This document shows, in pieces, positions 24,001 through 37,314 of a stretch of 64,000 nt of DNA (position 1 is its first letter; each line of letters begins with the position of its first letter). The translations under genes and the position numbers were made by a program. The notes below the pieces were generated by a model. It was not told where the DNA came from. It worked only from the letters and a program-made list of their open reading frames with translations, and ran no database searches. Source of the DNA: Macrostomum lignano (taxonomy: Eukaryota); NCBI GenBank assembly GCA_002269645.1, contig NIVC01003312.1, forward strand, positions 40,522 through 104,521, in the 5' to 3' direction.

Positions 24001-24894
24001 GTTGACGCGCATCGAGAGCGGCTGCCCAACTACCGCGGCCGGAGCTTCGCCACCATTTCAGCTGTCGGGTCGCACGCGGCTCTCGCTCACTACGTGCCGA
24101 GGCCAGAAACTGATAAGCGGCTGGAGCCCAGCACCAGCGGCCCGGACTCGATGCTGCTACTGGACTCCGGTGGCCAGTACCTCGGCTGCACCACCGACAT
24201 CACGCGCACGTTGTATTACGGACTCGAGAATCCGGCGCCGGAGCTGCGAGATGTCTACACCCGCGTGCTGATGGGAGTCATCGATTTACTAAGCCTGACG
24301 TGGCCAGCTGACACTCCCAGCACATTCCTGGACCCCTTCGCCAGACAGCATCTCTGGCTAGCCGGTCTGAACTACGGCCACTCCACCGGTCATGGGATCG
24401 GCAACTTTCTGGGCGTGCACGAGGGCCCCAACAGTATCCCCAGCTTCCGAAGGCTGACCGAAGGCAACTTCCAGTCTGTTGAGCCCGGCTACTACAGGCC
24501 CGCTTCGCTTGGCGTCCGAGGCTTCGGCATCCGCTTGGAGACAATCACCGGAGTAAAGGCCTGGGCCGAAAAATCACCGGCGACAATTGATGATCCAAAA
24601 AAACTGTTTCTCTGTATGCATCCGGTGACGTGGGTGCCCTATGATCGGCGTCTGATCGAGCCCGCCTTAATGAACCGGCGCCAGCTGAGCTGGCTGAACT
24701 GGTACCACGCCGAGTGCAGGAAGCGGTTGGCAGAGCCGCTGTCTCAAATTGGACAGGCTGAACTGGCCGAGGAGTATCTGGCTCTGGCTACCCAGCCAAT
24801 CAGTAAGACTGAGTCGGCTATGCTTGCCCAAGGAAGCGTACATATCATTGCATCTGCTTCAGTTATAGTTGGAGTAGTGATGTACAAGTTTTGA
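21043..24894 (+). CDS. XPNPEP2: Xaa-Pro aminopeptidase (M24B), membrane/secreted XPNPEP2-like, 704 aa; exons 21043-21173, 21507-21682, 23087-24894
   Basis: Hydrophobic N-terminus; VNTTDRLASLR, WLSGFSGSSG, FTDSRY, DSGGQY, TTDITRT, HSTGHGIG..VHE, EPGYY, GIRLE (all metal ligands present); hydrophobic C-terminus. Phases 2 and 1; total 2115 nt. Confidence 0.9.
21690..21880. repeat. Degenerate short tandem repeat (core GGACTCGGG) just after the exon 2 donor
   Basis: Direct reading. Confidence 0.75.
22505..22790 (-). mobile_element. tRNA-derived CORE-type SINE in XPNPEP intron 2
   Basis: Minus strand: A-box-like GTGGCCTAGTGGTTAGAGCG, CORE-like TGTGTCCTTGAGCAAGACACTTAA (22701-22725) and CAGTTCACCCAGCTGTAAAATGGG, (ATT)n-like tail. 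B box degraded. Confidence 0.65.
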
Positions 24895-26379
24895 CCTTGT
24901 AACTCAAATTAAGGGAGCAAATAAATTATAGGATCTTTTACAATCTTGTACAAAACTTATCTAGTAACGACTTTGATCCAGTAATATTATGTCTAGTTAT
25001 TGATATATTCAAAGGGAACTTAATGTACAGTATAATTACCTTCGACTATTTAATAAAAAACAAACTCATTATTGTATACTACTCAAATGTGTCTCTGAAC
25101 TTTAATTGCTAATGATGATGCGTAGGATTTTTGGTTATTTGTGTGTAAGATAGTATAAGAAAAGCAGAAAAAATATTTACGCCCTCAATTTTCATTGGAT
25201 TGAAACTTAAAGCCATTTGCAACATTAATTTTGTCTATAGAACGTCATGCAGAAACGAAGATTTACACTGGCAACTGGCATCAACTATTTTTAGTGACAT
25301 ACTCATATCAAGTCTTAATTGCCTTACTCCGGACTAGACGTTACCTCTTTGTTTAAGTGGACTGCCTTTTGCACCATAATATGGAATAAAATATACTAAA
25401 AATCAATTAAAGGCCTGAGATATAATTAGGTATAATTGGATTTTTAATTGGTGCGTATTTTAAATACACATTTAGACTATATAGCACTGTTGAAGTCTCG
25501 TCATTTTAAATTGCTTCGTTTGCTCATATTTAAATTTATTATCCGGAAAAAAACAACTAAAATGTATGTTTCGTTAAGTGTGTATGTCAGTGTATAGTGT
25601 TTAAATGTTAATGATTTTTACTTATGAAAGTTATTCTAAGTTAAATTGTTTATTTTAATAGTATTATTTTTGCTCATTGACAGGTGTTCTGTAAAGCTCA
25701 CTCCTTCATTATTCTGAATCCCAAACTTTTGACAGCGTGCAACTTAAATTTGCAAGTCATTAGTGATATTAAAATCAAAACAAAACTATAAGTAAGGATT
25801 AATATTTTGAATTTCCTTGAATACGCTGGCTAAGCTTGTACAGAGCAGCAAGTAACGTTTGACACATGTGAATGATATAATTTTTTTATTTCCCTTTTGC
25901 TTTAGGTTTTATATCTAAGTTTTGCAAAAAATCATTTAAAAAATCGAAATGAAAAATGTATTAAAAATTTTTATTTTATATTTTCCAGTCAAACAGTTGT
26001 AACTTGGAATATATACAATTTAAAATGATTAGCAATTTTTTTTAAAATGAATAAATGAATAATTAAAATGAACCTGGTTTGATTTGTTTTGTGGCTATTT
26101 GTATCTATTTCTATATAGCTTAAAGAAAGACAGAGATGGCTTAAATATCCATATTTTATGTATTGCCTGCTAAACATTTTGCTACTCACAAGAAAGTGTA
26201 CTTTGAGCATATACATAAATGTTTAAAAAATCTATAATTCAAGTCTAAGATAAAAAATGAATCTTTAGAATTTTGGCAAAACTTGTATGGCTTTTTGTTA
26301 AGCTAACTAAAATTAAAAATTCTATAGTAAATATAAAATAGTAAACTTATAATAAATTCGTTACTGCTGCCTGATTAGA

Positions 26380-29300
26380 ATGTCATCAGATGCTGAAATG
26401 CGGCCAATGGCAGCTGGCGAGAAGACGCCGCTTCTTCCAGCCGGGCCAAGCCACACCGCCGACTACAGCGTGCTGCGCATTGAGAATGCTTCCCGGCCGG
26501 GCGGCAGCAGCCCCAGGGCTGCCAGCCTGCACCGCCGCCGGTCCAAGAGCTTCTCGGATCTGGAGGCAGTCATGGACCAGCTGCAGGCCAAGTCCGCTCG
26601 CTCTCAGCAGCAGCAGCAGCAGCAGCCGGGCATTACCGAGGAGGGAGTCGACGGCGGCTCTGGAAGCGTCTGCGCTGACGAATCAGAGCACCGGCCGCCG
26701 CGGTCGCGCCTGTACTACGCCAAGGTTGGCGTCATCTTCGCCATTGTGCTCGTCTCCTGCGTGAGTAGCGCAAATAGCTTATTCACAATATTCACGCCTC
26801 GCCATAACTTCACAAAGCAAGATAAGCATGCACCAAAATATCATCTCTCTTAAACCGCAGACCATCATAGCGGCAACGCCAGAGAAGGAGAGCCTCTTTC
26901 ACCTGTACACTGTGAGCAGCGAGAGGTCGCCTTGTAAGTAGTGCATGCTGTTCTTTTTGCATTGGACTTAAGGCAGGAGTCGGCAAACTTTTTTTTACCT
27001 CACGGGGTAAAGGAAAGGAGAGAGGAGAGGGGGAGATAGATTAGAGAAGAGAGCTGAGAAGAGACACAAACCATGAGCGGGCCGGATTGCTATTGTGAAG
27101 TTTCAAAGGACCCGAGGGCCGGATAGAGAGGCTTTGCGGGCCGGACTTTGCCGACTCCTGCACTCCTAAAGTATAAAAAATCAGATTCGTTCTAAATGCT
27201 GATCTAAAGAAATGCTGAAATTTCTTCCTAGCCATCAACGTGACCCCGTCGATTAATTTCTACTCCGTGGTGCTGGTGAAGCTCAGAGGCGCTCTGTTGT
27301 ACACACCGACTGAGACGTCCACCAACATCACGGTCACTGTGGACGAGGTGTTTAGCGCTGAGAACATGTCGCAGTCTCTGGTGAGCCCTGCAGCAGTGAG
27401 GGGGGTATTTCAAGTAGCTAACAGTTTTTGCGCTTGATCCTTAGTCCTAAGATCCTTAATTAGCTTAGGAAAGACGTCAATAGCAATAACTAATGTTTTG
27501 CCCATCAAAAAACCGCAGGTTTGGACTGTGCCAATTGCGCCCGTAGTAGAAAATGAAGTCTCCGAGGAAATTGTTCGGGAACGCTACTTTCCGCTTAACC
27601 ACACCGCGTGAGTCTTCATGTGAAGATACATGTTTTTTTCTGATTTTAATACTCATCAGTACAGACATTAAAAACCCAACCTCACTACATTGCGAATGTA
27701 CCTGATTGACCACCATCCAGCACCCCATAGACAACGTACAGTACATCAAATCAATCCTTTATCCACTACCCCTAGACATTGTACATCCAATCAATTCTTC
27801 ACCCACCGCCCCATAGACAATGTACATCAAATCAACCCTACACCCACCGCCCCATAGACAATGTACATCAAATCAAACCTACACCCACCGCCCCATAGAC
27901 AATGTACATCAAATCAAACCTACACCCACCGCCCCATAGACAATGTACATCAAATCAAACCTACACCCACCGCCCCATAGACAATGTACATCAAATCAAA
28001 CCTACACCCACCGCCCCATAGACAATGTACATCAAATCAAACCTACACCCACCGTCTCATAGACAATGTACGAGTACATCCAATCAACCCTGCACTCAAC
28101 TTACATTAAAACCCACCCTATTCTCTACCCAGTCAAAAAGGCAGCGCCAAGCTCAGCATCCGTGTTCGCACAAACTACGAGCATTCGCTTCCCCTAGCCG
28201 TGTCCTACGAGACCCTCACCAATGCCGTTTATAACGAAGTGATTTACGCTGCCCTAGTTCTGGCATTCGTGTACGCGCTAATCATATTCGAGCTGGTGCA
28301 CCGGTCCCTGGCCGCCATGCTGGGCTCGCTCATGAGCGTGGCCGTGCTGGCTTTAGTAAACAGGCGGCCCAGCCTCATAGAGGTCATCGCCTGGCTCGAC
28401 TTTGAGACTCTCAGCCTACTATTTGGCATGATGGTCATGGTTGGCATCTTCTCGGAGTCCGGCTTCTTCGACTGGGTGGCGGTGCTGGCATTCCGGCTGG
28501 CCAAGGGCCGCACAATGGCGCTGGTGACGCTGCTGTGCCTGTTCGCTGCAGTGATCTCCGCCTTCTTGGACAATGTCACCACCATCCTGCTGATGGCGCC
28601 GGTCACCATTAGACTGTGCGAGGTGCTCAGACTGGATCCTAGACAGCTGCTCATAGCTCAGGTTAGGCGAATGGAACGCAACCAGTGCCCTTCATGAATG
28701 CTCTCGCTAGATTACTTAAATATCTAAATATAGCTTGCAAAGAGGGTGATCGGTTCAATGCGGCAAATCAAGGCCCCTTGAAAACGTTACTATAACAAGA
28801 ATCGCTAAAGAGTCATTGCTAACAAACAACTCACTAGTGACTCTAGCGGCTCTGGAGCGACTCTCGTACTATTTTGTATTTTACCTGTGTTAACTGCAAC
28901 GACTCTGGGGTGACACAAGTGACTCTGTGACGCGCTTTTTGGCCTATAGGTAGTCTGACCAACAGAAGTTGCAGAAGTCTGCAGAGTCCATGTTTACAGA
29001 TTACTCAAATTTGTCATTGATCGAATTCTTGATCGAGAATTTTCTTGATACTGTTCTTATAGTAGAAATATAAGGAAATACGTTAACAATAAGTCTATGA
29101 AAATATGTTCAACACATGCGCTGTCCTAGTAAAAACAACAGGTCCTAGTTCCTAGAGCGATAATGATTTCCTCTGCACAATCAGGTGATGTTCTCCAACG
29201 TTGGCGGCACAGCCACCGCGGTCGGCGATCCGCCAAACGTGATCATCGCCTCGAATGCCGAGCTGGCGGAGCAGGGCGTCACGTTCACCAACTTCACGGT

Positions 29301-32300
29301 GCACATGACTCTGGGCATCGTGTTCATCACCGTGGCCGCCTACGCCCTCCTCCGCCTGGTTTACTGGCGCCAGGACCTCGAGTCCAACGAGGACCCCGTG
29401 GCCGCCGAGATCCGGCGCGAAGTTGAAGTCTGGCGTCGGACAGCCTACGGTTTCGCCGTGACCACCAGCGAGCAGGCGGCGGTGAAGGCGCTGCTGCAGG
29501 CCAAGATCTGCGAGCTGGAGCACCGCCTGGCCGTGCACCGGGTGACCGCCACGGCTGACAAACCATTTGAGCAGACCCTCGCCGAGCTGCAGCAGAAGGT
29601 TAGGCTCAGAGCTGCTTCTTTTATGCGCATTTCTTTTGGCTTTGTATCTGCTGTACAGGTGGCAATTCTTACTGTAGATCGAAGCACAGCATTGCGCCCA
29701 CTGTTTCATGCCGCATCACTTGACAGCATCATACATCATCACTTGACAGCATCATACAGCATCACTTGACAGCATCACTTGACAGCATCACTTGACAGCA
29801 TCATACAGCATCACTTGACAGCATCATACAGCATCACTTGACAGCATCCTTGACAGCATCACAGCATCATACAGCATCACTTGACAGCATCACTCACAGC
29901 ATCACTTGACAGCATCACAGCATCACTTGACAGCATCACTTGACAGCATCATACAGCATCACTTGACAGCATCATACAGCATCACTTGACAGCATCACTT
30001 GACAGCATTTTACAGCATCACTTGACAGCATCACTTGACAGCATCATACAGCATCACTTGACAGCATCACTTGACAGCATCATACAGCATCACTTGACAG
30101 CATCATACAGCATCACTTGACAGCATCACTTGACAGCATCACTTGACAGCATCATACATCATCACTTGACAGCATCATACAGCATCACTTGACAGCATCA
30201 CTTGACAGCATCATACAGCATCACTTGACAGCATCATACAGCATCACTTGACAGCATCATACAGCATCCCTTGACAGCATCATACAGCATCCCTTGACAG
30301 CATAATACAGCATCCCTTGACAGCATAATACAGCATCACTTGACAGCATCATACAGAATACGCATGGAAATGACCAATTGTACATTTGGCCAGAAAACAA
30401 AAGGGTGTCACGTGATGCAATGTACATCTTAAATTAATACTTTATTGAAATTCTACAAAACTATCCTACATGCATTGAACTTGGTCAGTACGGCATCAAG
30501 GACAAGGAGCTGCTGATTAAGTGTTCCATTGTCCTATCAGCTGTAATTGTCTTATTTTTCCTGTCTTCAACCGTGGATGCCCTGCACTTGGATCTTGGTA
30601 TGGCAACCTGTTATTATCTAAAACTGACTGATTTCAGCATTGATTATTGACCTGTGATTGGGTCTAATTGAGCTGTTGTAGCCACTTGGTACATCAATAA
30701 ATGATTTTCTAATTTTTTAATTTTTTACACCTCTGCAGGATTTTATAATTATGTAGTTCTGTGAAATTCAGGATACTTTTTATATCAAATATTGCAGATT
30801 GGCAGATATCACAGATTTGCAGATTTAGAAGATTTGCAGATATCGCAGATTGGCAGATATCGCAGATTGGCAGATATCGCAGATTGGCAGATATCGCAGA
30901 TCGGCAAATATCATAGATTGCCATATTGGCAGACATCGCAGATTGGCAGATATCGCAGATTGACAGAATAGTAGATATCGCAGATCGGCAAATATCGTAG
31001 ATTGCCATATTGGCAGATATCGCAGATTGGCAGATATCGCAGATTGACAGAATGGCAGATATCGCAGATCGGCAAATATCATAGATTGCCATATTGGCAG
31101 ACATCGCAGATTGGCAGATATCGCAGATTGGCAGATATCGCAGATTGACAGAATAGTAGATATCGCAGATCGGCAAATATCGTAGATTGCCATATTGGCA
31201 GATATCGCAGATTGGCAGATATCGCAGATTGACAGAATGGCAGATATCGCAGATCGGCAAATATCATAGATTGCCATATTGGCAGATATCGCAGATTGGC
31301 AGATATCGCAGATTGACAGAATAGTAGATATCGCAGATCGGCAAATATCGTAGATTGCCATATTGGCAGACATCGCAGATTGGCAGATATCGCAGATTGG
31401 CAGATATCGCAGATTGGCAGATATCGCAGATTGGCAGATATCGCAGATTGACAGAATAGTAGATATCGCAGATCGGCAAATATCGTAGATTGCCATATTG
31501 GCAGATATCGCAGATTGGCAGATATCGCAGATCGGCAAATATCGTAGATTGCCATATTGGCAGATATCGCAGATTGGCAGATATCGCAGATCGGCAGATA
31601 TCGCAGATTGGCAGATATCGCAGATTGACAGATATCGCAGATTGTCAATCGTCAACAAAATTGGCAGGCTGGATCGCCGTGATGGGCGGCATCGCCCTGC
31701 TGGTGCTGACAGACTTCGCAGACATGGACACCCTGCTGCATCGCATTGAGTGGAGCACTTTGATCTTCTTTGCCGCCCTGTTCGCCCTGATGGAGGCCCT
31801 GCGCGAACTCCGCCTAGTCACTTGGATTGGAGACCAGATGAAGCTTGTGATTCTGGCCCTGCCCGAGTCCTCCCAGCTGCCTGTCGCCATCCTCATCGTC
31901 CTGTGGGTGAGCGCGCTGGCCTCCGCCTTCATCGACAACATCCCGTTCACCACGGCGATGATCCCCATCATCCTGGAGCTGGCTGACGTGCTGCCCATCC
32001 TGCCGCTGGTCTGGTCGCTGGCCTTCGGCGCCTGCCTTGGCGGCAACGGCACCATCATTGGCGCGTCGGCCAATGTTGTTGCCGCCGGCATCGCGGAGCA
32101 GAACGGCTACCCGTTCACCTTTGTGCAGTTCTTCAGGTGCGCTGGCGCTGATCTTGTCAAGGACTAATCAAGTGGAAGGACGGGAACCTACGTTTCTAGG
32201 AAAAGCTGACGGAGGCAGGCTTTTTCTGAAAAAAATACATTACGGAGATAGGAGGCAGAAACAATGTTCATATTTTGATATGTCTGTCCTTCCTTATAGC

Positions 32301-34050
32301 TCTGTTGATATACAGATGAACACTGGGTCGGCCTCCTATCGAAAGAAATAACAATTTTTGTGCTGAAAAAAGGAAGACCTATCTCCGTAATGTACTTTTT
32401 TGAAAAACCTGCCTCCTCAAATTTACCAAGAAACGTAATTTCACGTCCTTCTACTTGAGTAGGCCTTGGATTTTGTGTGGGAAAGGAGGGGAGTGAATTT
32501 CCAAGTGAAGCAAGCATATGTTCTGCTCGAGCTGCACTCAAAAGTTTGAAAAATTCCTCAGTCATACACACGACTATTTACTTTGCGAGCGCATGTTCAA
32601 AAGAGAGTTAAAAAAATCCAACTTGCCTACTGACAACAGTAGAGCAAACGGAGCATTTGCTGCCGCCTCTGTGGCTGGACTGCAAAACCGCAGTTAATTG
32701 GCTTCCGGATTTCGGCTTCAGTGTTGAATTTCTTGCCCGAGCTGTCAGCTCAGCCTAAATTTTTCGGGAGCTCAGAGAGTATCGAGGATAATAATCCCTA
32801 CTTGTTATTGCTGCTTGAATTCCCAAAAGGGATTGAAATGGGCTTGCCTTGAACTATTTGAATATTTATTCGCTGGCACATGGCAACCGGTAGATAATTC
32901 GATTTTACAAGCTCGAAGCTTCACATTGTCGAAAAGTCTGCTGATAAATTTCGTCAGCTCAAACCTTCACATTTCGATAATGTGAGTTTTGTCGAGCCTG
33001 TGAATCTTCGAGCTTGTGAATCTTTGGGCCTGTAAACCGTTAAGCTTGTGAATCTTCGAGCATGTGAATCTTCGAGTTTTTGAATCGAGGTTAGGAAGCT
33101 CCGAGGTTGTGAATCTGAGGTTGTGAATCTGAGGTTGTGAATCTTCAAGCTTTGAATCTTCAAGCTTGTGAATCTTCAAGCTTGTGAATCTTCAAGCTTG
33201 TGAATCTTTGGGCCTGTGAATCTTTGGGCCTGTGAATCTTTGGGCCTGTGAATCTTTGGGCCTGTGAACCGTTAAGCTTGTGAATCTTTGGGCCTGTAAA
33301 CCGTTAAGCTTGTGAATCTTTGGGCTTGTGAATCTTTGAGCCTGTAAAACGTTAAGCTTGTGAATCTTTGGGCCTGTGAACCGTTAAGCTTGTGAATCTT
33401 CGAACATTGTGAATCTTTGAGCTTGTGAATCTTCGAGCTTGTGAATCTTTGGGCCTGTGAACCGTTAAGCTTGTGAATCTTCGAACATGTGAATCTTCGA
33501 GCTTGTGAATATTCAAGCATGTGAATCTTTGAGCATGTGAATCTTCGAGTTTTTGAATCCAGGTTATGAAGCTCCGAGGTTGTGAATTCCCGAAGTTTTG
33601 AATCTGAGGTTGTGAATCTTCAAGCTTGTGAATCTTCAAGCTTGTGAATCTTCCAGCTTGTGAATCTTTGGGCCTGTGAATCTTTGGGCCTGTGAACCGT
33701 TAAGCTTTGTGAATCTTTGGGCCTGTGAACCGTTAAGCTTGTGAATCTTCGAGCTTGTGAATCTTCGAGCTTTTGAATCGAGGTTATGAAGCTTCTAGGT
33801 TGTTAATTCCCGAGGTTGTTAATCTTCAAGCTTGTGAATCTTCGAGCCTGTGAAAATTTTAGCCTATGAATTTTAAGGTTGTGAAGTTTCAATCTTGGGG
33901 ATATTCGAGTTTATAAAACGCCCCCAGAAGATCTCTTAATTGCTCACCCGGCATTGCAGGGTCGGATTTCCAATGATGGTTTGCACAGTGACAATTGCAA
34001 TGCTGTACCTGCTAGTCTGCCACTCGCTGATTGGCTGGAACTATTACTGA
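26380..34050 (+). CDS. OCA2: P protein / OCA2 (ion transporter superfamily), 767 aa; exons 26380-26760, 26861-26933, 27232-27380, 27519-27607, 28133-28661, 29185-29598, 30489-30597, 31668-32136, 33960-34050
   Basis: [76 protein letters not shown]|VGFPMM. All junctions GT-AG and phase-consistent; total 2304 nt. Confidence 0.95.
27700..28080. repeat. 41-bp minisatellite in OCA2 intron 4
   Basis: Unit ACACCCACCGCCCCATAGACAATGTACATCAAATCAAACCT. Confidence 0.9.
28796..28950. mobile_element. Internally deleted second copy of the 10420-10986 repeat, in OCA2 intron 5
   Basis: CAAGAATCGCTAAAGAGTCATTGC and TATTTTACCTGTGTT...GCAACGACTCTGGG...ACACAAGTGACTCTG are shared with the longer copy. Confidence 0.6.
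29710..30355. repeat. Composite 10/13-bp minisatellite (GCATCACTTGACA + GCATCATACA) in OCA2 intron 6
   Basis: Direct reading. Confidence 0.93.
30790..31645. repeat. 17-bp minisatellite (GCAGATTGGCAGATATC) with composite variants in OCA2 intron 7
   Basis: Direct reading. Confidence 0.95.
32990..33860. repeat. About 16-bp degenerate minisatellite (GCTTGTGAATCTTCGA) in OCA2 intron 8
   Basis: Direct reading. Confidence 0.9.
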
Positions 34051-34559
34051 ACTTGGCGTGCCAACCAATCACTAAACTGGTGACTGCGACTTTTTCATCT
34101 TTTTGTGTCTTCCAATCAGGTTCAGATTTTTATTCAGGTACTAGAACAAATTTAACAATTGATAATTCCTCCACTGTACATTTATAACTTATGCTCGCAC
34201 CGACTGTTTGGGGCTGTTGCTTTGCGAGCATTCAGAACTGGTTTTATTTTTGAATTGCAAAGATTTTTATCGTGCGAGCTAGAGTTTCGATTTATAATTT
34301 TACTGTTTTTATTGTGTTCATTAATTTTTTCAATGAATTTTATACTATGAGTAAGATTTTGTTTTAATTGTAAAAGCTGCGAGTCAAATTGTAAAACAGA
34401 GGATCCATTAACCCTGTCAGATGTCAGTAAATGTGTCAGTAAGGTGTCATACACTTTTCCGTGTCGGAAAACACTTTGGGTGCATTCGATTGAGTTCAGA
34501 TGTCAGTAGTTAGTTCAGGTGTCATTGAATGAGTCATAATGCTATTGTATTGATTCAGG

Positions 34560-35460
34560 GTGTCATAAAATGAGTCAGGCTGTCATTAAATGAGTCAGGC
34601 TGTCATAAAATGAGTCAGGCTGTCATTAAATGAGTCAGGCTGTCATTAAATGAGTCAGGCTGTCATTAAATGAGTCAGGGTGTCATTAAATGAGTCAGGC
34701 TGTCATTAAATGAGTCAGGGTGTCATTAAATGAGTCAGGCTGTCATTAAATGAGTCAGGCTGTCATTAAATGAGTCAGGGTGTCATTAAATGAGTCAGGG
34801 TGTCATTAAATGAGTCAGGCTGTCATTAAATGAGTCAGGTGTCATTAAATGAGTCAGGGTGTCATTAAATGAGTCAGGCGGTCATTAAATGAGTCAGGTG
34901 GTCATAAAATGAAGTCAGGCTGTCATTAAATGAGTCAGGGGTCATTAAATGATTCAGGCGGTCATTAAATGAGTCAGGGTGTCATTAAATGAGTCAGGCT
35001 GTCATTAAATGAGTCAGGATGTCAATAAATGAGTCAGGCTGTCATTAAATGAGTCAGGCGGTCATTAAATGAGTCAGGCTGTCATTAAATGAGTCAGGCT
35101 GTCATTAACTGAGTCAGGGTGTCATTAAATAAGTCAGGCTGTCAGAGTCAGGGTGTCATTAAATGAGTCAGGCTGTCATTAAATGAGTCAGGCTGGTCAT
35201 GTCATTAATGAGTCAGGCGGTGTCATTGAAGGGTGTCATGAGTCAGGGTGTCATTAAATGAGTTATTAAATGAGTCTGTCATTAAATGAGTCAGGCTGTC
35301 ATCATTAAATGAGTCAGGCTGAGTCATTAAATGAGTCAGGCGGTCATTAAATGAGTCAGGCTGTCATTAAATGAATCAGGGTGTCATTAAATGAGTCAGG
35401 CTGTCATTAAATGAGTCAGGCTGTCATTAAATGAGTCAGGCGGTGATTAAATGAGTCAGG
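34560..35460. repeat. 20-bp minisatellite (TGTCATTAAATGAGTCAGGC), nearly every unit containing TGAGTCA
   Basis: Direct reading; roughly 40 units. Confidence 0.95.
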
Positions 35461-36439
35461 CGTCACAAAAATGAGTCGGGTACACTGAGACGTGCCCCAT
35501 TGTGATATCCGGGATCTGGCAGTACATGGGCGAGCTGAGCAGCTGTGAGTGGAAATTCGTGACTGAGTTGCAGCCGCCTGGATTTGATTTTCGCGCGGCA
35601 GCCGTCAGTTGCGCCTGAGCAGTCTCAGTGACCGGGCGCTCTTTTTGTGCAATCAAATTTCCTCAGCTCATTTCTTTCGCCTTTGATCTGCAAATAATAA
35701 TTATTTATTTATCTTTATAAAAAATGTCCAAATGTCGAAGTTGCAGTCTTTAATCAGGTGCAATTTTTGTCTTTGATTCTGCCCATTTTTTGTCACGAAT
35801 TTTGGCTTGATTCTGCTAGTAAGTATTCGACGTGTACTGAGCCCGCCGGGCTGCATCTGCAAAACAACCTTGCTTTGTCCCTAGATTTTTTCAGTCGGAC
35901 AAAATCAGACCAAATTTTCAGATTAAACCTCATGTACGATTTTTTAAATTCTTGTTGCAATTTTGTGCGCCCCGTCTTTCCGTGTAAGAAGCGAACTGCA
36001 CTTGACAAAAGTGCCTCTGCTAGCAAGAAGCGGGTTGAGAAAATGTAAACAAATACAAAATGGCTGTTTTCGATTTTATAGCATAATACATCCTGTTTTG
36101 ATGGCTTCATTGTTTTCAATTATCCTTGGCATCCGTTTCCCATCCGATTGGGAAAAGCGCTCACTAATTAGGAGACCTATTATTCGAATGTGAATGCTCA
36201 AGATTCCTATTGAAGTAATTTCATTTCGGTGGCTGAAGCTGCTCGACTTGAGTCACGCCAATTTTCTGAAAAGAGCAGTTTGACACTTCGTGAGCGGTCG
36301 ATAGGGGGATTTCAATGAGGCAGAAATCGTTTGGTTTTCTGATTTGTATGTATCCGTTTGCTTTAGAAGAAACTGTCTATTGTTTGAGAAGAAACTGTCA
36401 CACACTGTCACACTTGAGAAGAAACTGTCACACAACTCA

Positions 36440-36900
36440 AATTGTGTGAGGCGCCAGGGAAATTGTGTGAGGCGCCAGGGAAATTGTGTGAGGCGCCAGG
36501 GAAATTGTGTGAGGCGCCAGGTAAATTATGTAAAGCACCAGGGAAATTGTGTGAGGCGCCACGGAAAATGTGTGAGGCGCCAGGGAAAATGTGTGAGGCG
36601 CCAGGGAAACTGTGTGAGGCGCCAGGGAAACTGTGTGAGGCGCCAGCGAAAATGTGTGAGGCGCAGCACGGAAAATATGTGAGGCGCCACGAAAAATGTG
36701 AAGCGCCATGGAAATTGTGTGAGGCGCCATGGAAGATGTGAAGCGCCAGGGAAACTGTGTGAGGCGCCAGGGAAATTGTGTGAGGCGCCAGGTAAATTGT
36801 GTAAAGCGCCAGGTAAATTGTGTGAGGCGCCAGGGAAAATGTGTGAGGCGCCAGGGAAAATGTGTGAGGCGCCAAGGAAATGTGTGAGGCGTTAGGGAAA
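36440..36900. repeat. 21-bp minisatellite (GGGAAATTGTGTGAGGCGCCA)
   Basis: Direct reading. Confidence 0.92.
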
Positions 36901-37314
36901 ATGTGAAGTGCCAATATTGAAGATGTGCGAGGCTCAGAAGTTTTAAGACGCCATGGAAAGTGTAAAGTGCAATTACAACAGCGAATATTTAATTTTTGAC
37001 AGTCTGGCTCGCACAACTGGTACATTTTTAGGCCACATGTGCAACTCAGTCGCTAGCAATTATGACAGTCTTGGACAACCGCGGGAACTGGAGTGAGATC
37101 GTGCATGCTCAAACCCCAGCCTATAGCTACTGCTAGCTAGATAGGCAAATATGATTGGCCTCGGCATAGAAATGGGAATACGCGGCTCACAATGTATATT
37201 GAGCCATGCCAGTTATTTAGACTGAATTCTGTGCGCCTTCGTACTGATCTCTCTGGCAACTTGACTTTACTTCTGTTGACTTCTGGCCTCTCTAGAAAGC
37301 AATTAGCAGGGATC

